From assembly GCA_021841005.1 (NCBI GenBank), contig JAKBVZ010000013.1:9364-73363 (forward strand): a stretch of DNA of 64,000 nt, read 5' to 3'. The position numbers were made by a program, and so were the translations under genes. Positions 50,823-61,045 of the stretch are shown piece by piece (the stretch's first letter is position 1; each line of letters begins with the position of its first letter). A model generated the notes under the pieces. The model was not told the DNA's origin. It ran no database searches and worked only from the letters and a program-made list of their open reading frames with translations. This DNA comes from Actinomycetes bacterium. GTDB taxonomy: Bacteria; Actinomycetota; Acidimicrobiia; Acidimicrobiales; JAMCPL01.

Positions 50823-51801
50823 CCACTTCCTCTCCTGATCGTCTGATGGAGCTTGAATGCCTGGATATCACCGGCAACTCTGTCTCTATATCTACGATAT
50901 CGTGAATCGATGGCAGTGCGTCCTGCGTGCCTGGCCGCGTAGTGGCCATGGCGCTCGCACGGACGGCAAAATCGAACGACCTCTTCATGGTCCACCCGCT
51001 CGACACACCAACGGATAGTGCCCCCACGAAAGCATCGCCCGCTCCCGTGGTGTCCACAGCCTCCACCGGCGGCGGTTCGACTGCAATGGTGTCTCCATCG
51101 TCGTACATCACCGCACCCAACCGACCAAGCGTAACGATGACTGTCATGATGCCATAAGATGCAATGACTGCTGCAGCATCGAGTGCCTGTGAATGTGACT
51201 CGACCATCCTCGTACTCCAGGCAAGCTGTCCTGCTTCCACTTCATTCGCCACAAGAATATCCACACCGTGTAGTACCTCTAGCGACACGCCAGAAACAGG
51301 GGATGGATTAAGTATGGTAACAACGCCATCCATCTCACGAAACTCATGCACTGCATCTGTTACGGTCTTTTCGGGCACTTCCATTTGCGCAACCGCCACT
51401 CCCCCTTCCAGTGCCAGTACATCAGCAGCCGACTTGATATGGCTGGTACCGACCTCACTGTTCGCACCAGGAGCAACCGCTATCATGTTCTCACCACGGT
51501 CATCGACAAGTATTGTTGCAATGCCCGTAAGCCTACCGGAAGCCACGGCAACCATGGATACGTCTACGCCCTTGCTCGCTATCTGAGCGATCATCTGATT
51601 GCCGGCACTGTCATCACCGACCATACCGGTAAGGGACACCCGGCCACCGAGCAGGGATGCCGCCACCGATTGATTGGCTCCTTTGCCGCCTGGCCGGATC
51701 TCCAGCGATCTCCCCAGAACGGTTTCACCAGGCGCAGGTAAGTCAGGTACCCGTATTATCATGTCCTGGTTGATACTGCCAAGCACTACAATCGGCTTCA
51801 A
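50806..51801 (-). CDS. rbsK: ribokinase (PfkB family)
   Basis: GGKGANQS and DTTGAGDAFVGAL motifs. Overlaps both neighbouring genes, suggesting an operon. Confidence 0.85.
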   Translation of the reverse strand: MKPIVVLGSINQDMIIRVPDLPAPGETVLGRSLEIRPGGKGANQSVAASLLGGRVSLTGMVGDDSAGNQMIAQIASKGVDVSMVAVASGRLTGIATILVDDRGENMIAVAPGANSEVGTSHIKSAADVLALEGGVAVAQMEVPEKTVTDAVHEFREMDGVVTILNPSPVSGVSLEVLHGVDILVANEVEAGQLAWSTRMVESHSQALDAAAVIASYGIMTVIVTLGRLGAVMYDDGDTIAVEPPPVEAVDTTGAGDAFVGALSVGVSSGWTMKRSFDFAVRASAMATTRPGTQDALPSIHDIVDIETELPVISRHSSSIRRSGEEVDENGD

Positions 51802-53213
51802 TCTACGACTCCTGCAACAGGACGCATCTCGGTTCGGCGTCCGCGACGAGTGCCCTGATCACTGCTCACCACTCCAGGAACGACCCCGGCGGTTCTAGAC
51901 AACGCTCTCCTGGTATTGACAGCCGAGGTGGAACCACGTACGACAAGCGATCCGCCGAACGTGATAACCGTACGTCCATCAAGCCAGGATTCATATGCCA
52001 GACCCCTGGACAGTATGGATTGCAGCTGACTACTGGAAAGATCACCGCCGGACTCCACCGGCGGTAGCCTGCCCAGCCTACGATCTCGATACATGGCATC
52101 GGATCTACCGGCACCCTTAGACGCATTGCCGGCCATCGAGACCGGCGCACGCGCACTCTGCTCGCTCGTTGTGCTTTCCGCTCCGCCGGCAACCGACCGG
52201 CTACGCGAACCGGCAGAGCTACGCCGGTACCTGCCTTCCACCTCGGCTATAGCGACTTCAGCTGCAACAGCCCCCATAAGATCCACTGGCTGGTGAATCG
52301 TAGTCAGGCCTGGAGACACGTAGGCTGCAATAGTGATATCGTCGAATCCGGCGACAGACACGTCCTCGGGCACGACCAAACCTGCATTCCTCAGCGCCGA
52401 CATGGCTCCTATGGCCATTAGGTCGTTGGCGGCAAACACAGCGGTGAAAGACAGACCTCGCACCAGGGATTCGCTGATCACCCTGTACCCGCTGGCCTCA
52501 CTCAGGTCGCCGCGTAATACCGGCAAACCACCGCTGCCGTTATTGACACCCCGCATGACATCCTCGTAACCAAGCCTTCTCTGCGTTGACAGCTCGAGAC
52601 CATCCGGTCCATCTATATACAAGATTTCCCTGTGCCCGTGCGACACCAGATGGGACACCACCATCCGTGCGCACAAACGATGATCCACGGCAATAAGCGT
52701 GGAGCCAGGCAGTGCGGAGTCTCGATCCAGGCAGACGAGAGCCACGCTGCCCGGCAAGGATGGTGCAGCTCCAGCAAGTTTGCCTGTATCGAGCTGGCCC
52801 ACCGAGAGGCCGACCGTGATGATGCCATCAACCCTGCCCGCACCGAGCAACTCCAGCTGATGCGGGAACGACGTATCACCGATGACTTGAGACAGCAACG
52901 TGCCATAACCCTCCTGCTCCGCCCTCACCTGGATGGCTTTTACCAGCTCCGGAAAGAATGGGTTGCTGATATCGGGAACGATAATGCCGAGTAGCCAGGT
53001 ACGCCGCTTCACAAGGCTCCGCGCAACCAGGTGAGGCTTGTAGCCCGTAAGCTCAGCAGCATGCCTTACCCGCTCTTCAACAGTGCTGGAAACGTTGCCC
53101 CGACCAGACAACACCCTCGACACAGAAGCCGTGGACACTCCCGCAATTCTGGCGACATCGTGAATGGTGGGCCTTATATTGTCCGTTTTCCTATCCGTTC
53201 GACCGGACCTCAT
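51798..53213 (-). CDS. LacI family transcriptional regulator with low-complexity insertion and tail
   Basis: HTH TIHDVARIAGVSTASVSRVLSG plus a periplasmic-binding-like core. A roughly 70-aa S/R/G-rich insert precedes the family-typical ...LVVRGST ending, and a roughly 45-aa tail follows it. The ORF is open to 53285. Confidence 0.85.
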   Translation of the reverse strand: MRSGRTDRKTDNIRPTIHDVARIAGVSTASVSRVLSGRGNVSSTVEERVRHAAELTGYKPHLVARSLVKRRTWLLGIIVPDISNPFFPELVKAIQVRAEQEGYGTLLSQVIGDTSFPHQLELLGAGRVDGIITVGLSVGQLDTGKLAGAAPSLPGSVALVCLDRDSALPGSTLIAVDHRLCARMVVSHLVSHGHREILYIDGPDGLELSTQRRLGYEDVMRGVNNGSGGLPVLRGDLSEASGYRVISESLVRGLSFTAVFAANDLMAIGAMSALRNAGLVVPEDVSVAGFDDITIAAYVSPGLTTIHQPVDLMGAVAAEVAIAEVEGRYRRSSAGSRSRSVAGGAESTTSEQSARAPVSMAGNASKGAGRSDAMYRDRRLGRLPPVESGGDLSSSQLQSILSRGLAYESWLDGRTVITFGGSLVVRGSTSAVNTRRALSRTAGVVPGVVSSDQGTRRGRRTEMRPVAGVVD

Positions 53214-53316
53214 TTCTTTGCCGACATGTAGTGCCTGCCGTTTCCGATGCCCGCTCCATCTCCCGTAGAGAGCAGGCATCGGCAAACAAGCACTATCCAG
53301 TCAGTCCAATCCTTAG

Positions 53317-54426
53317 CTATACCTTGTGGGAGGTCGACACCCCGTATGGCAATGGTGGAACCACTGGCGGGGTACCCCATGGTCCTATGGAAGCCACATT
53401 GGCCTTTGTCACCAGAGTCATAGGAATGAGCACCTTGCCACCAGGGAACTTGGAAGATGGCGGGAGGGTCTTGTGATACAGGTAATTCCACATGGCCTCG
53501 ACCGCCCAATATGCTTCGATAAATGGCGCGTGCGTCACTGTATCCACCTGAGTGCCGTTGGCAACATCGGTCAGGCTCTGGGGCTGGGCATCCGCTCCGG
53601 CCACTAGGACATGCTTGCCCGGAGTAATTCCATGGGACTCGAGGGCGGCTATGGCCCCAAGCGCCATGGCATCATTGGCTGCGGCAACAAGCTGGATATT
53701 GGTGGTCTTGGCCAGCTCGGTACTCATGATTCCCTGCGCAGTGCTGGTAGCGAAATTGCCCGATTGGTTGAGTATTACCCTGGCTTTCCCGCTCTTGATG
53801 TAAGGCTGGAGCGCTGCCATCGTGCCATTCTCCCTACCAATGCTCACGCTGGCTCCCAGCGTTCCCTGTAAAACGACGACATTCCAAGGCGTCGGTATAT
53901 GGAGAGCCTTGAGCTGGCTGATCGCATACGACGTCATGTCGTTTCCGAGCGTAAAGTCATTGTCGCCTATGAATGCAACACGTGCGGAGGGCGTGGACAC
54001 ATCCCTATCAATTGTGATCACGGGAACGTGCTGAGACATGGCCTGCTGGGCGGCCGTAGTGTCGGTTTCACTGATCGTGTTCAGGATGATACCCTTCGCA
54101 CCAGCACCTAACGCCTCACTGACGTCTGACGCCTCAGTCGTGGCGGACCCGTTTGCATTGATAGTCTTGATATCCAACGTTGGATAATATTTACTCACAT
54201 CTGCGATGGCCTGCGCCATCGGTGCAAAATACGGGGGCGTCGGTCCGTTGTAAATAAAGTAGACCAGCTTCCTCGCAGCCGTAGGCTTTGCCTTCGAAGA
54301 CGGCGTCGACGAGCTACAAGCCGTCAGCAAGAGGGCCGATGCCATAAGAAGCACCAGTGTGCTCATCCATTTCTTCAGTCTCACGGGACTGTGTGAACCA
54401 TGTAACTTACCTCTCATCATTCTCAT
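53317..54426 (-). CDS. sugar ABC transporter substrate-binding lipoprotein (RbsB-like)
   Basis: Lipobox LLTAC after a signal peptide, then a type I periplasmic binding fold. Start may be the MSTLVLL Met near 54366. Confidence 0.85.
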   Translation of the reverse strand: MRMMRGKLHGSHSPVRLKKWMSTLVLLMASALLLTACSSSTPSSKAKPTAARKLVYFIYNGPTPPYFAPMAQAIADVSKYYPTLDIKTINANGSATTEASDVSEALGAGAKGIILNTISETDTTAAQQAMSQHVPVITIDRDVSTPSARVAFIGDNDFTLGNDMTSYAISQLKALHIPTPWNVVVLQGTLGASVSIGRENGTMAALQPYIKSGKARVILNQSGNFATSTAQGIMSTELAKTTNIQLVAAANDAMALGAIAALESHGITPGKHVLVAGADAQPQSLTDVANGTQVDTVTHAPFIEAYWAVEAMWNYLYHKTLPPSSKFPGGKVLIPMTLVTKANVASIGPWGTPPVVPPLPYGVSTSHKV

Positions 54427-54510
54427 CCTTTCATCTAATTATCCTGCTAACCGACAACCGTACCGCTATAAGACAGCCAGTCATCCCTCTCACATAGTGC
54501 GGATGGCAAG

Positions 54511-54526
54511 CTGTAAACGTTTACAG
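54511..54526. promoter_or_regulatory. perfect 16-bp palindrome CTGTAAACGTTTACAG, LacI/GalR-type operator
   Basis: Read directly. Lies about 85 bp upstream of the substrate-binding protein gene. Matches the TGTAAACGTTTACA-type consensus for LacI-family operators. Confidence 0.6.
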
Positions 54527-54564
54527 ACTCGTATAATTCATTATGAATCAAAGTCGGCCTGATG

Positions 54565-56088
54565 TCAAGTACCTCGAGAAATATCCCACACGTCAGAGGA
54601 TGCAACCCGCCTGAACCTCTCCCTTACCTCCTGCGCAGTCACTCCCCGCATGGAAGCACTCCGGCCCGATGCCCCGTCTCCAGGTGACACAAGTGAGCCT
54701 TTCCTCAGCCCCCATGCCTCGATCACCTGGCTCATGTAGCATGCTGCAACCACCGAAGCAGCCTGCACGCAAGCACCGGCAGCAACTGTTTCCGGCTCAC
54801 TGCTGACGGTCACCTCCATCTGCGCCAGATCAGCAACCACCTGCTGGTAGGCATGCGAACGGGACCCACCACCTACGAGGAACAGCGATCCGCGTATATC
54901 CGGCAAATGATCCATTGCGTCGAGTATGCTGCATACGACACCTTCAAATGCCGCCCTGGCAAGCTGTGCAATACTCGTACTCGTAGATAGTCCTACTACG
55001 CCACCACAGGCACGAGGTCTGTTTGGAGTACGCTCTCCATCGAAGTACGGAACCACCACCAGCTCACCGGACCCAAGCGATTCATTCAATGCCATATGCG
55101 ACATCGTGTCGCGATCTATTGACAGCAGCGCTCCAATGGTATCCGTCACTCTCGTAGCGTTGAGGGTACATACCAGTGGTAGGAACCGCCCCGTTGCATC
55201 AGCAAAGCCGGAAACATACCCTGACGGATCACATGCAGGCACCTCCGACACGGTAAAAGCGGTACCTGAGGTACCGAGCGAAATTGCCATATCACCGGGT
55301 GCCAGCCCTATGCCTAGTGCAGATGCCATGTTGTCGCCAGTACCCGGTCCTACGGTAATGCCATTCCAATCGCCTGCTGCTTCCAGCGGTCCAAGCACCT
55401 CGGGAACCAGCGCGGGCCAATCCATGTCTGGATCCACGAGGGACAGTAGATCCAAACGCCACCTACCCTCGCTCGGAGACCAGTAGCCCGTACCGGAAGC
55501 GTCACCCCTGTCAGTACAGAATCTGCCCGTCAACTTGTACGTCAACCAGTCATGCGGCAGCAATATCTTCGCCACGCGGGAAAATGAATCGGGCTCATTT
55601 CGCTCGAGCCAGGCCAGTTTTGATATGGTCAATGCGGCAACCGGAACGCTGCCGCAAGCCTTGGCCCACCCGTAGTCCCCCTCGCTCAACTTGCCACGTA
55701 GATCGTCAGCATCCTTTGCTGATTCCGTATCATTCCACAGCTTGGCCGGGCGAATCGTATTTCCTGATGAGTCCAGAACGACCAATCCATGCTGCTGCCC
55801 ACCAATGGATATCGCATCAATATCCCTAGGCATTACCGCTCTATTCACTCTCGAAGCACTGTCCGACAGAGCACCAGCAAACGCTTCATTGAATGCAACC
55901 CACCACTCCTGTGGATCCTGTTCCGACACCGGCGGCGAGACAGGCGAATGCGCCGCCCTGCCCTGCCCAACCACCTCTCCTGTATCCAGGTCCCTCAGCT
56001 CGACCTTGGTCGATTGAGTGGAAGAATCGACCCCTGCGATCACTCCCATACTCTCGTACCTCTGATCTGCGAGTTCCGCCAACTGCAA
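54565..56088 (-). CDS. xylB: xylulokinase (FGGY family)
   Basis: GVDSSTQSTKV N-terminal motif and the FGGY C-terminal domain. Likely start MGVIAGVD at 56049. Confidence 0.8.
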   Translation of the reverse strand: MQLAELADQRYESMGVIAGVDSSTQSTKVELRDLDTGEVVGQGRAAHSPVSPPVSEQDPQEWWVAFNEAFAGALSDSASRVNRAVMPRDIDAISIGGQQHGLVVLDSSGNTIRPAKLWNDTESAKDADDLRGKLSEGDYGWAKACGSVPVAALTISKLAWLERNEPDSFSRVAKILLPHDWLTYKLTGRFCTDRGDASGTGYWSPSEGRWRLDLLSLVDPDMDWPALVPEVLGPLEAAGDWNGITVGPGTGDNMASALGIGLAPGDMAISLGTSGTAFTVSEVPACDPSGYVSGFADATGRFLPLVCTLNATRVTDTIGALLSIDRDTMSHMALNESLGSGELVVVPYFDGERTPNRPRACGGVVGLSTSTSIAQLARAAFEGVVCSILDAMDHLPDIRGSLFLVGGGSRSHAYQQVVADLAQMEVTVSSEPETVAAGACVQAASVVAACYMSQVIEAWGLRKGSLVSPGDGASGRSASMRGVTAQEVRERFRRVASSDVWDISRGT

Positions 56089-56127
56089 GCCATCCTCATC
56101 TACGATCCCCGTTCATTCGCAACTTCC

Positions 56128-56178
56128 CCACCAGCTGCAATCCGCCACCAGCTGCAATCCGCCACCAGCTGCAATCCG
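56128..56178. repeat. 17-bp tandem repeat CCACCAGCTGCAATCCG x3
   Basis: Read directly. Intergenic, upstream of xylB. Confidence 0.95.
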
Positions 56179-56298
56179 CCGGATGCCCGGAGGCTGCCGT
56201 CAGCTCCGCGCCTGCGATACGCCCAGCCGTGTTAGCGGATACATCATGGGAATAATTCCGGAAGCCACTGACCGCAGTCCTACGGCTGCAAAGCACCT

Positions 56299-57342
56299 CT
56301 ATAGCGATGGAACGACCATTGGCTTTATGCACGATGGATCTTCTTTCGATGCTCTGAGCGCAGCAGACACGTCATCAAGACCATATCTCGTCCCGACTAA
56401 AGGGGCAATTTGGATCAAGCCATGCTCGAATAGTTCGATCGCAACAGGATAGGTGTTGGCATACCGGAATACCCCGGTGAGCACGATTTCCCTTACTTGT
56501 ATAGTCGCCACCGGAAGCGCCTGATCCTTCTCGGGCGACATCCCCACCAGAACCACTCGACCCGCAGGAGCCAGTACTGAGATGGAGCGAACGACTACAT
56601 CCGCTACGCCAGTGCATTCCATTAGAACGTCGGCTGTAATTCCAGATTCATCGATCGGTGCGGATGCGGGATCATGTAGTTCGTCAAAGCCGAGAGCTCT
56701 GGCGGCGTTCAGCCTCGACGGTACTACATCGCTGAGGATGACGCGAGCGCCACGCGCTCGTGACACCTGGGCCACCATCAAGCCAATTGGACCGCAACCT
56801 GTCACAAGTACACGATCCCCCGGAGAGACATCAGCACGCCGGTTGGCCCATATCCCAACCGAAAGCGGCTCGCATAAGGCCGCCTGGTCATCGCTCATAC
56901 CATCAGGAATGTCATAGAGGAAATCACCATTATGGACGATATAGTCTGAAAACGCACCATCGACAGGAGGCGTAGCCAGAAAACGGACAGACGGGCAAAG
57001 ATTGTACCTACCCATCCTGCACTGCATGCAACGACCGCATGGTACCCCCGGCTCGATGGCCACCCTATTGCCGACCCTATCCTGGTCGGCGCCCGGCCCT
57101 GCTTCCACAATTACGCCCGAAGCTTCGTGGCCCAGTACAAGCGGAGACTCCACCACAAAGTTACCTATCCTGCCGTGTTCGAAGTAGTGGACATCGGATC
57201 CACACACCCCTACAGAGCTAATCTTGACAAGATACTCATTTTCACCAGGCACAGGTATGTCTTCGGATTCGACAATCAATTTACCTATGTCCACCAGCTT
57301 GACTCTACGATTGGATGTCATATCACCGTCCTGTACTCCCAT
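56299..57342 (-). CDS. zinc-dependent polyol dehydrogenase (sorbitol/xylitol dehydrogenase-like, MDR family)
   Basis: GVCGSDVHYFEHGRIG, GHEASG and GCGPIG motifs. Likely start MTSNRR at 57321. Confidence 0.85.
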   Translation of the reverse strand: MGVQDGDMTSNRRVKLVDIGKLIVESEDIPVPGENEYLVKISSVGVCGSDVHYFEHGRIGNFVVESPLVLGHEASGVIVEAGPGADQDRVGNRVAIEPGVPCGRCMQCRMGRYNLCPSVRFLATPPVDGAFSDYIVHNGDFLYDIPDGMSDDQAALCEPLSVGIWANRRADVSPGDRVLVTGCGPIGLMVAQVSRARGARVILSDVVPSRLNAARALGFDELHDPASAPIDESGITADVLMECTGVADVVVRSISVLAPAGRVVLVGMSPEKDQALPVATIQVREIVLTGVFRYANTYPVAIELFEHGLIQIAPLVGTRYGLDDVSAALRASKEDPSCIKPMVVPSL

Positions 57343-57372
57343 GTCTACGTCTACTTGGTCTACGTCTACTTG
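57343..57372. repeat. 15-bp tandem repeat GTCTACGTCTACTTG x2
   Basis: Read directly. In the leader of the polyol dehydrogenase gene. Confidence 0.9.
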
Positions 57373-57542
57373 GGTAATTTCTACATAATCTTACACGTGC
57401 GCACTCTGTATGTTGCCTGCACTAAGGCTGCTTGCGCCGTCCTAGCCTCGATCATCACTGTTCCGAGCCGGCAAGCCTAATGCATTTGTACAGAGAGATA
57501 TACAGAGAGATTTTTCGCCACCCACGACCCGCGACCCGGTAA

Positions 57543-58556
57543 TCACATTTTCAAAACCGCCCTTGCCCGTATCTCTCCATGCTTCAAGCGCAAGAGCACG
57601 TCAGGAGCGTCCTCCAACGCAAATGTATCGCACACTGGCTTCACCTTTCCCGCAGCTGCAAGCGCCAGGACTTCCATCATTCCCTGCCTGGGCCCGATCA
57701 CGGACCCAACAATCCTCTTCTCGTCGGCGAACGCAAAACGGCTGATATCGGCGGACACTCCCACCACAATTGTACCCCCGGGCTTTGTGGCTTCAACAGC
57801 CTGCTGCACCACGTCACTCGCGGGAGCGAATACTATACTCGAGTCAACCCCGCCAATCTCCTTCAAGGCACGGACTGGATCCACGTTCGCGGCATCGATC
57901 ACCCGGGCTGCTCCTAGGTCGCCTGCAATGCCACCATGCACCGCACTACGAGTCACCGCGATCACCTCAGCCCCGGTAAGCCCGGCAAACTGCAACACCA
58001 TATGGCCAACTCCGCCAATGCCGAATACCCCTACAGTACGTCCTGGGGCCAAGCGCGCTCTCGAAACAGCGCTGTACGCCGTGATGCCTGGACAAAAGAG
58101 AGGAGCCGCCTCCACGTCATCTATCTCGTCAGGTACGGGATAGCAGTGCAGTGCCTTTGCAAGCATATACTCTGCATACCCTCCATTCACGGTCTCGCCC
58201 GTAATGTCCTTGCTCTGGCAGAGTTCCTCGCGTCCGGTCAGGCAGTACTCGCATCTGCCGCAAGTGGTCCACAACGGCTGGACTCCTACACGCTGGCCGG
58301 TATGCAACCAGTCAACACCTGTTCCCAATGTGTCTACGATGCCCATGACCTCATGTCCCGGGATGATGGGCATGAACGCCGGCACGCCATTTTCCACCCA
58401 GTCACCCTCTATCATATGGAGGTTCGAATGGCAGACTCCGCAGGTGGATACCTTGATCACGACTTCTCCTGGACCAGGATCCGGCTTTTCCACTTCCGCC
58501 AGCCTTAGCACCGGCGAGTCGACAGGCCCTGTAGACTCCAGTAATACAGCACGCAT
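57543..58556 (-). CDS. zinc-dependent alcohol dehydrogenase (MDR family)
   Basis: CGVCHSNLH, GHEVMG, structural-zinc cysteines CGRCEYC, and GIGGVGH. Confidence 0.88.
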   Translation of the reverse strand: MRAVLLESTGPVDSPVLRLAEVEKPDPGPGEVVIKVSTCGVCHSNLHMIEGDWVENGVPAFMPIIPGHEVMGIVDTLGTGVDWLHTGQRVGVQPLWTTCGRCEYCLTGREELCQSKDITGETVNGGYAEYMLAKALHCYPVPDEIDDVEAAPLFCPGITAYSAVSRARLAPGRTVGVFGIGGVGHMVLQFAGLTGAEVIAVTRSAVHGGIAGDLGAARVIDAANVDPVRALKEIGGVDSSIVFAPASDVVQQAVEATKPGGTIVVGVSADISRFAFADEKRIVGSVIGPRQGMMEVLALAAAGKVKPVCDTFALEDAPDVLLRLKHGEIRARAVLKM

Positions 58557-58622
58557 AACAAGTCCTTTCCAGCCAGACCGTTCATCAGGCTGGCTTTCGC
58601 TTACAGCTAATAATAGTCCAAC

Positions 58623-59972
58623 TTATGGAGACAGCAACCGGCCATGGAAGGTAAGCGCACTCATACCTGCAAGAAGGACCACTTCCACGGCAGTAAACAG
58701 CTTCAACGACTTCCCTTCGAGATGATCCGCCCACACTACTATGGCAGGAAAAGCAACTATCAGCATGCGAGCATTCGGCGGCGTACGTATCGACCACAGC
58801 GTAAGTAACCCTATCCCGGCAACCCAGGCAAACACTTCAATGGGTAACGCCGGCAGACGGCGCCACAGCAGGACCAACGCCATCACCAAGAAAACAGCTC
58901 CAGCCAACCCGTTGACGAAATCAAGGTTGATGGCATGGTGCGACAGGAACCTGGCAGGGTTGGACGCGACCCCTGCAAGAATTTGGACGATCAACGCTAT
59001 AGGGTTTCCTGACTGGTGCCACCCAGATGCCTGAGCGTCGAGCGTAGCAAACGGAGTTCCCGTCCATGCCCATAGAAAGAGGGCAAACCCGCCAATACCC
59101 AATGGGGCGATAGCGGGCGCCAGCATGCTTCGCTTTGCCTCTTTACGATTGACACCGTCACCGAAATACATCATGCAGGCTACGAGGATGCACACTGGTA
59201 TGGCCACCAGTCCAACAGGTTCGACAGCTCCAGCCAGTGCGGCGCTGATTCCGGCCACCACCCAGCGACGTTTCGCAAGAGCCAAAAGGCAACCTGCACC
59301 GAGAGCTGCGGTAAGGCCCTCAGGGTAGACCATGGAGAATACGATGGAACCCGGGAACAGGCACAGAACGATGACGGCCCACTTACCGGCATCCTTTCCC
59401 CACCATCTATTCACCAGGCTCTCCACCAGTACAACTGTCACAAATCCGGCCACCCCAGATACAACAAGCCCCGCAATCAGAGGCGATGTGAAAGTCAGGC
59501 GTGACACGATCAGGATCAGTAGCGGGTATACAGGCAGGAATCCGAGGGTCGACTGGCCCGCAGGCACGTGAGCAGGATAGCCGTGATGGACTATGGCCAG
59601 GTACCACACTCCGTCCCAGTTGGAAAGCTCAGAGCTGAGAGACGTATGCATCACTATGGCCTCAGCCAGCGCAACCCATAGAATCAGCAAGCGTGAGCAA
59701 GCGTACACGGCCGCTTCCCACCGCCATGCCCGGAGCTTGACATATACCGCGCCTGCAACAGTTCGCGGCGACGAAGCGTGATGTCTCCCAGACCATGCCT
59801 GCCGCCGCATATTACGCTCGGAGGATACCGGTGAGGCACCGCCACCTGGGCTATCGTACCCGCCCTGGCTCAATGCTCGTATGCCGGACCCTCGTGAACC
59901 GATCTTGCCGGCAGGCACATCCTTGCCATTCACGTCCATGCTCATGCTCATGCCATCCATGCTCATGCTCAT
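58623..59972 (-). CDS. integral-membrane glycosyltransferase, PIG-V-like mannosyltransferase family
   Basis: Multiple TM helices and the NWDGVWYLAIVHHGYP motif. The ORF is open to 60335, but its first roughly 120 codons are R/C/P-rich and overlap the opposite-strand gene. Start placed at Met 59972; 59810 is an alternative. Confidence 0.55.
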   Translation of the reverse strand: MSMSMDGMSMSMDVNGKDVPAGKIGSRGSGIRALSQGGYDSPGGGASPVSSERNMRRQAWSGRHHASSPRTVAGAVYVKLRAWRWEAAVYACSRLLILWVALAEAIVMHTSLSSELSNWDGVWYLAIVHHGYPAHVPAGQSTLGFLPVYPLLILIVSRLTFTSPLIAGLVVSGVAGFVTVVLVESLVNRWWGKDAGKWAVIVLCLFPGSIVFSMVYPEGLTAALGAGCLLALAKRRWVVAGISAALAGAVEPVGLVAIPVCILVACMMYFGDGVNRKEAKRSMLAPAIAPLGIGGFALFLWAWTGTPFATLDAQASGWHQSGNPIALIVQILAGVASNPARFLSHHAINLDFVNGLAGAVFLVMALVLLWRRLPALPIEVFAWVAGIGLLTLWSIRTPPNARMLIVAFPAIVVWADHLEGKSLKLFTAVEVVLLAGMSALTFHGRLLSP

Positions 59973-59974
59973 GC
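59935..59974. repeat. 21-bp period repeat TCCATGCTCATGCTCATGC x2 (MSMSMD x2 on the minus strand)
   Basis: Read directly. Confidence 0.85.
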
Positions 59975-60118
59975 GATATCCGGTCCGGCTCTTTGTGCCA
60001 CATATAGACAGTACAGCAGGAGCCGAGTCGGTGCATAGGCACTTACGCAACGATCTGCGCCGACCGGTCCTATCCACTCTCCGCTGGATGCTGAAGAGCC
60101 AAGCCAGGCCGCGAAGAC

Positions 60119-61045
60119 TTGGCCCAGATTGCAACGCGCCTTTCAGTACTGGCGCGGCAGGCCGGCATGGCGGCCGTAGCAGTAGACGCAGTACACACCA
60201 AGGTACAGATGATTGACCAGATCTTCTTCTCCGTTGCCCGCACGCTCGATTGGGACAGGCTGGCCAGAACCACCGTGAATCGAATCTGCCACATGTTGGG
60301 CTACGAGATTCCGGTCGGCAATCCACGGATCTCACTCGCGGAACTTGCAGAACTCTACAGCTATGACCTACACGAGTTGCGCCGAGACGTCAACCGGGGC
60401 CTCCAATCTGAAATCTTCAAGAACTACAAGATGGTCCAAGACTTCCGAATTGCGATGATACGACTCTGCCAGTTCGAATTCAAGACAGGCCAATTTACCG
60501 ATGCCGAGGCCGAGGCCGTCAAGGCATGGCTTCGTGGCCAGCTTAGCCAGATCTCCCTACTTCGCAACACTCGTATATTCCGCCGAATCACACGAACCAA
60601 CGCAAGGGCTATGCTGTTCTCGCTCGTCCACTGGCTGACAAGCAATGAATATACGGGGTTGTTGCTCACCCTTGATCTACAGCAGTTCTTCAAAGGACGG
60701 GAGCGCGACGCGACCGGCATGCGCATCATGTACACCCGGGCGGCAATTATAGATACCTACGAGTCCATGCGCCAGCTTATCGACAACACCGATGAGTTCC
60801 AGTCCATGGCAACAGTTGTCTGCCTGCCACCAGATTTTACCATCGACCGTACTCGGGGCATGGATCTCTACCAGGCTCTCAAGTTGCGGATCTATGACGA
60901 GGTACGAGATGAGGCCCGAGACAATCCGTTCGGAACGCTCGTTCGGCTTGGAGGATTGAAGAATGATGTCGATTATGACCTCGCCGGCCAGGGAATGGCT
61001 CCATGGCAGCAACAGATGCTCAGAAGAGTTCTGCCGCAACGGTAG
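60119..61045 (+). CDS. BrxD/DUF2791-like ATPase paralog lacking the Walker A region and with a degenerate Walker B (possibly 5'-truncated)
   Basis: The frame is closed by TGA at 60092. The first residues (LARQAGMAAVAVDAV) align with the segment just after the P-loop of the downstream paralog (AQRALQEHFVVSSVV). LFSLVHWLTSNEYTGLLLTLDLQQ parallels LSFVSRLIAAASYSGWVILLDEVE. Confidence 0.45.
   Translation: MAQIATRLSVLARQAGMAAVAVDAVHTKVQMIDQIFFSVARTLDWDRLARTTVNRICHMLGYEIPVGNPRISLAELAELYSYDLHELRRDVNRGLQSEIFKNYKMVQDFRIAMIRLCQFEFKTGQFTDAEAEAVKAWLRGQLSQISLLRNTRIFRRITRTNARAMLFSLVHWLTSNEYTGLLLTLDLQQFFKGRERDATGMRIMYTRAAIIDTYESMRQLIDNTDEFQSMATVVCLPPDFTIDRTRGMDLYQALKLRIYDEVRDEARDNPFGTLVRLGGLKNDVDYDLAGQGMAPWQQQMLRRVLPQR

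Noticed and set aside
59973-60335. N-terminal 120 codons of ORF 58623-60335 (MRSVDCRPESRS...).
   Set aside because: The composition is Arg/Cys/Pro-rich and non-protein-like, and it overlaps the plus-strand ATPase paralog. The membrane protein more plausibly starts at Met 59972 or 59810.
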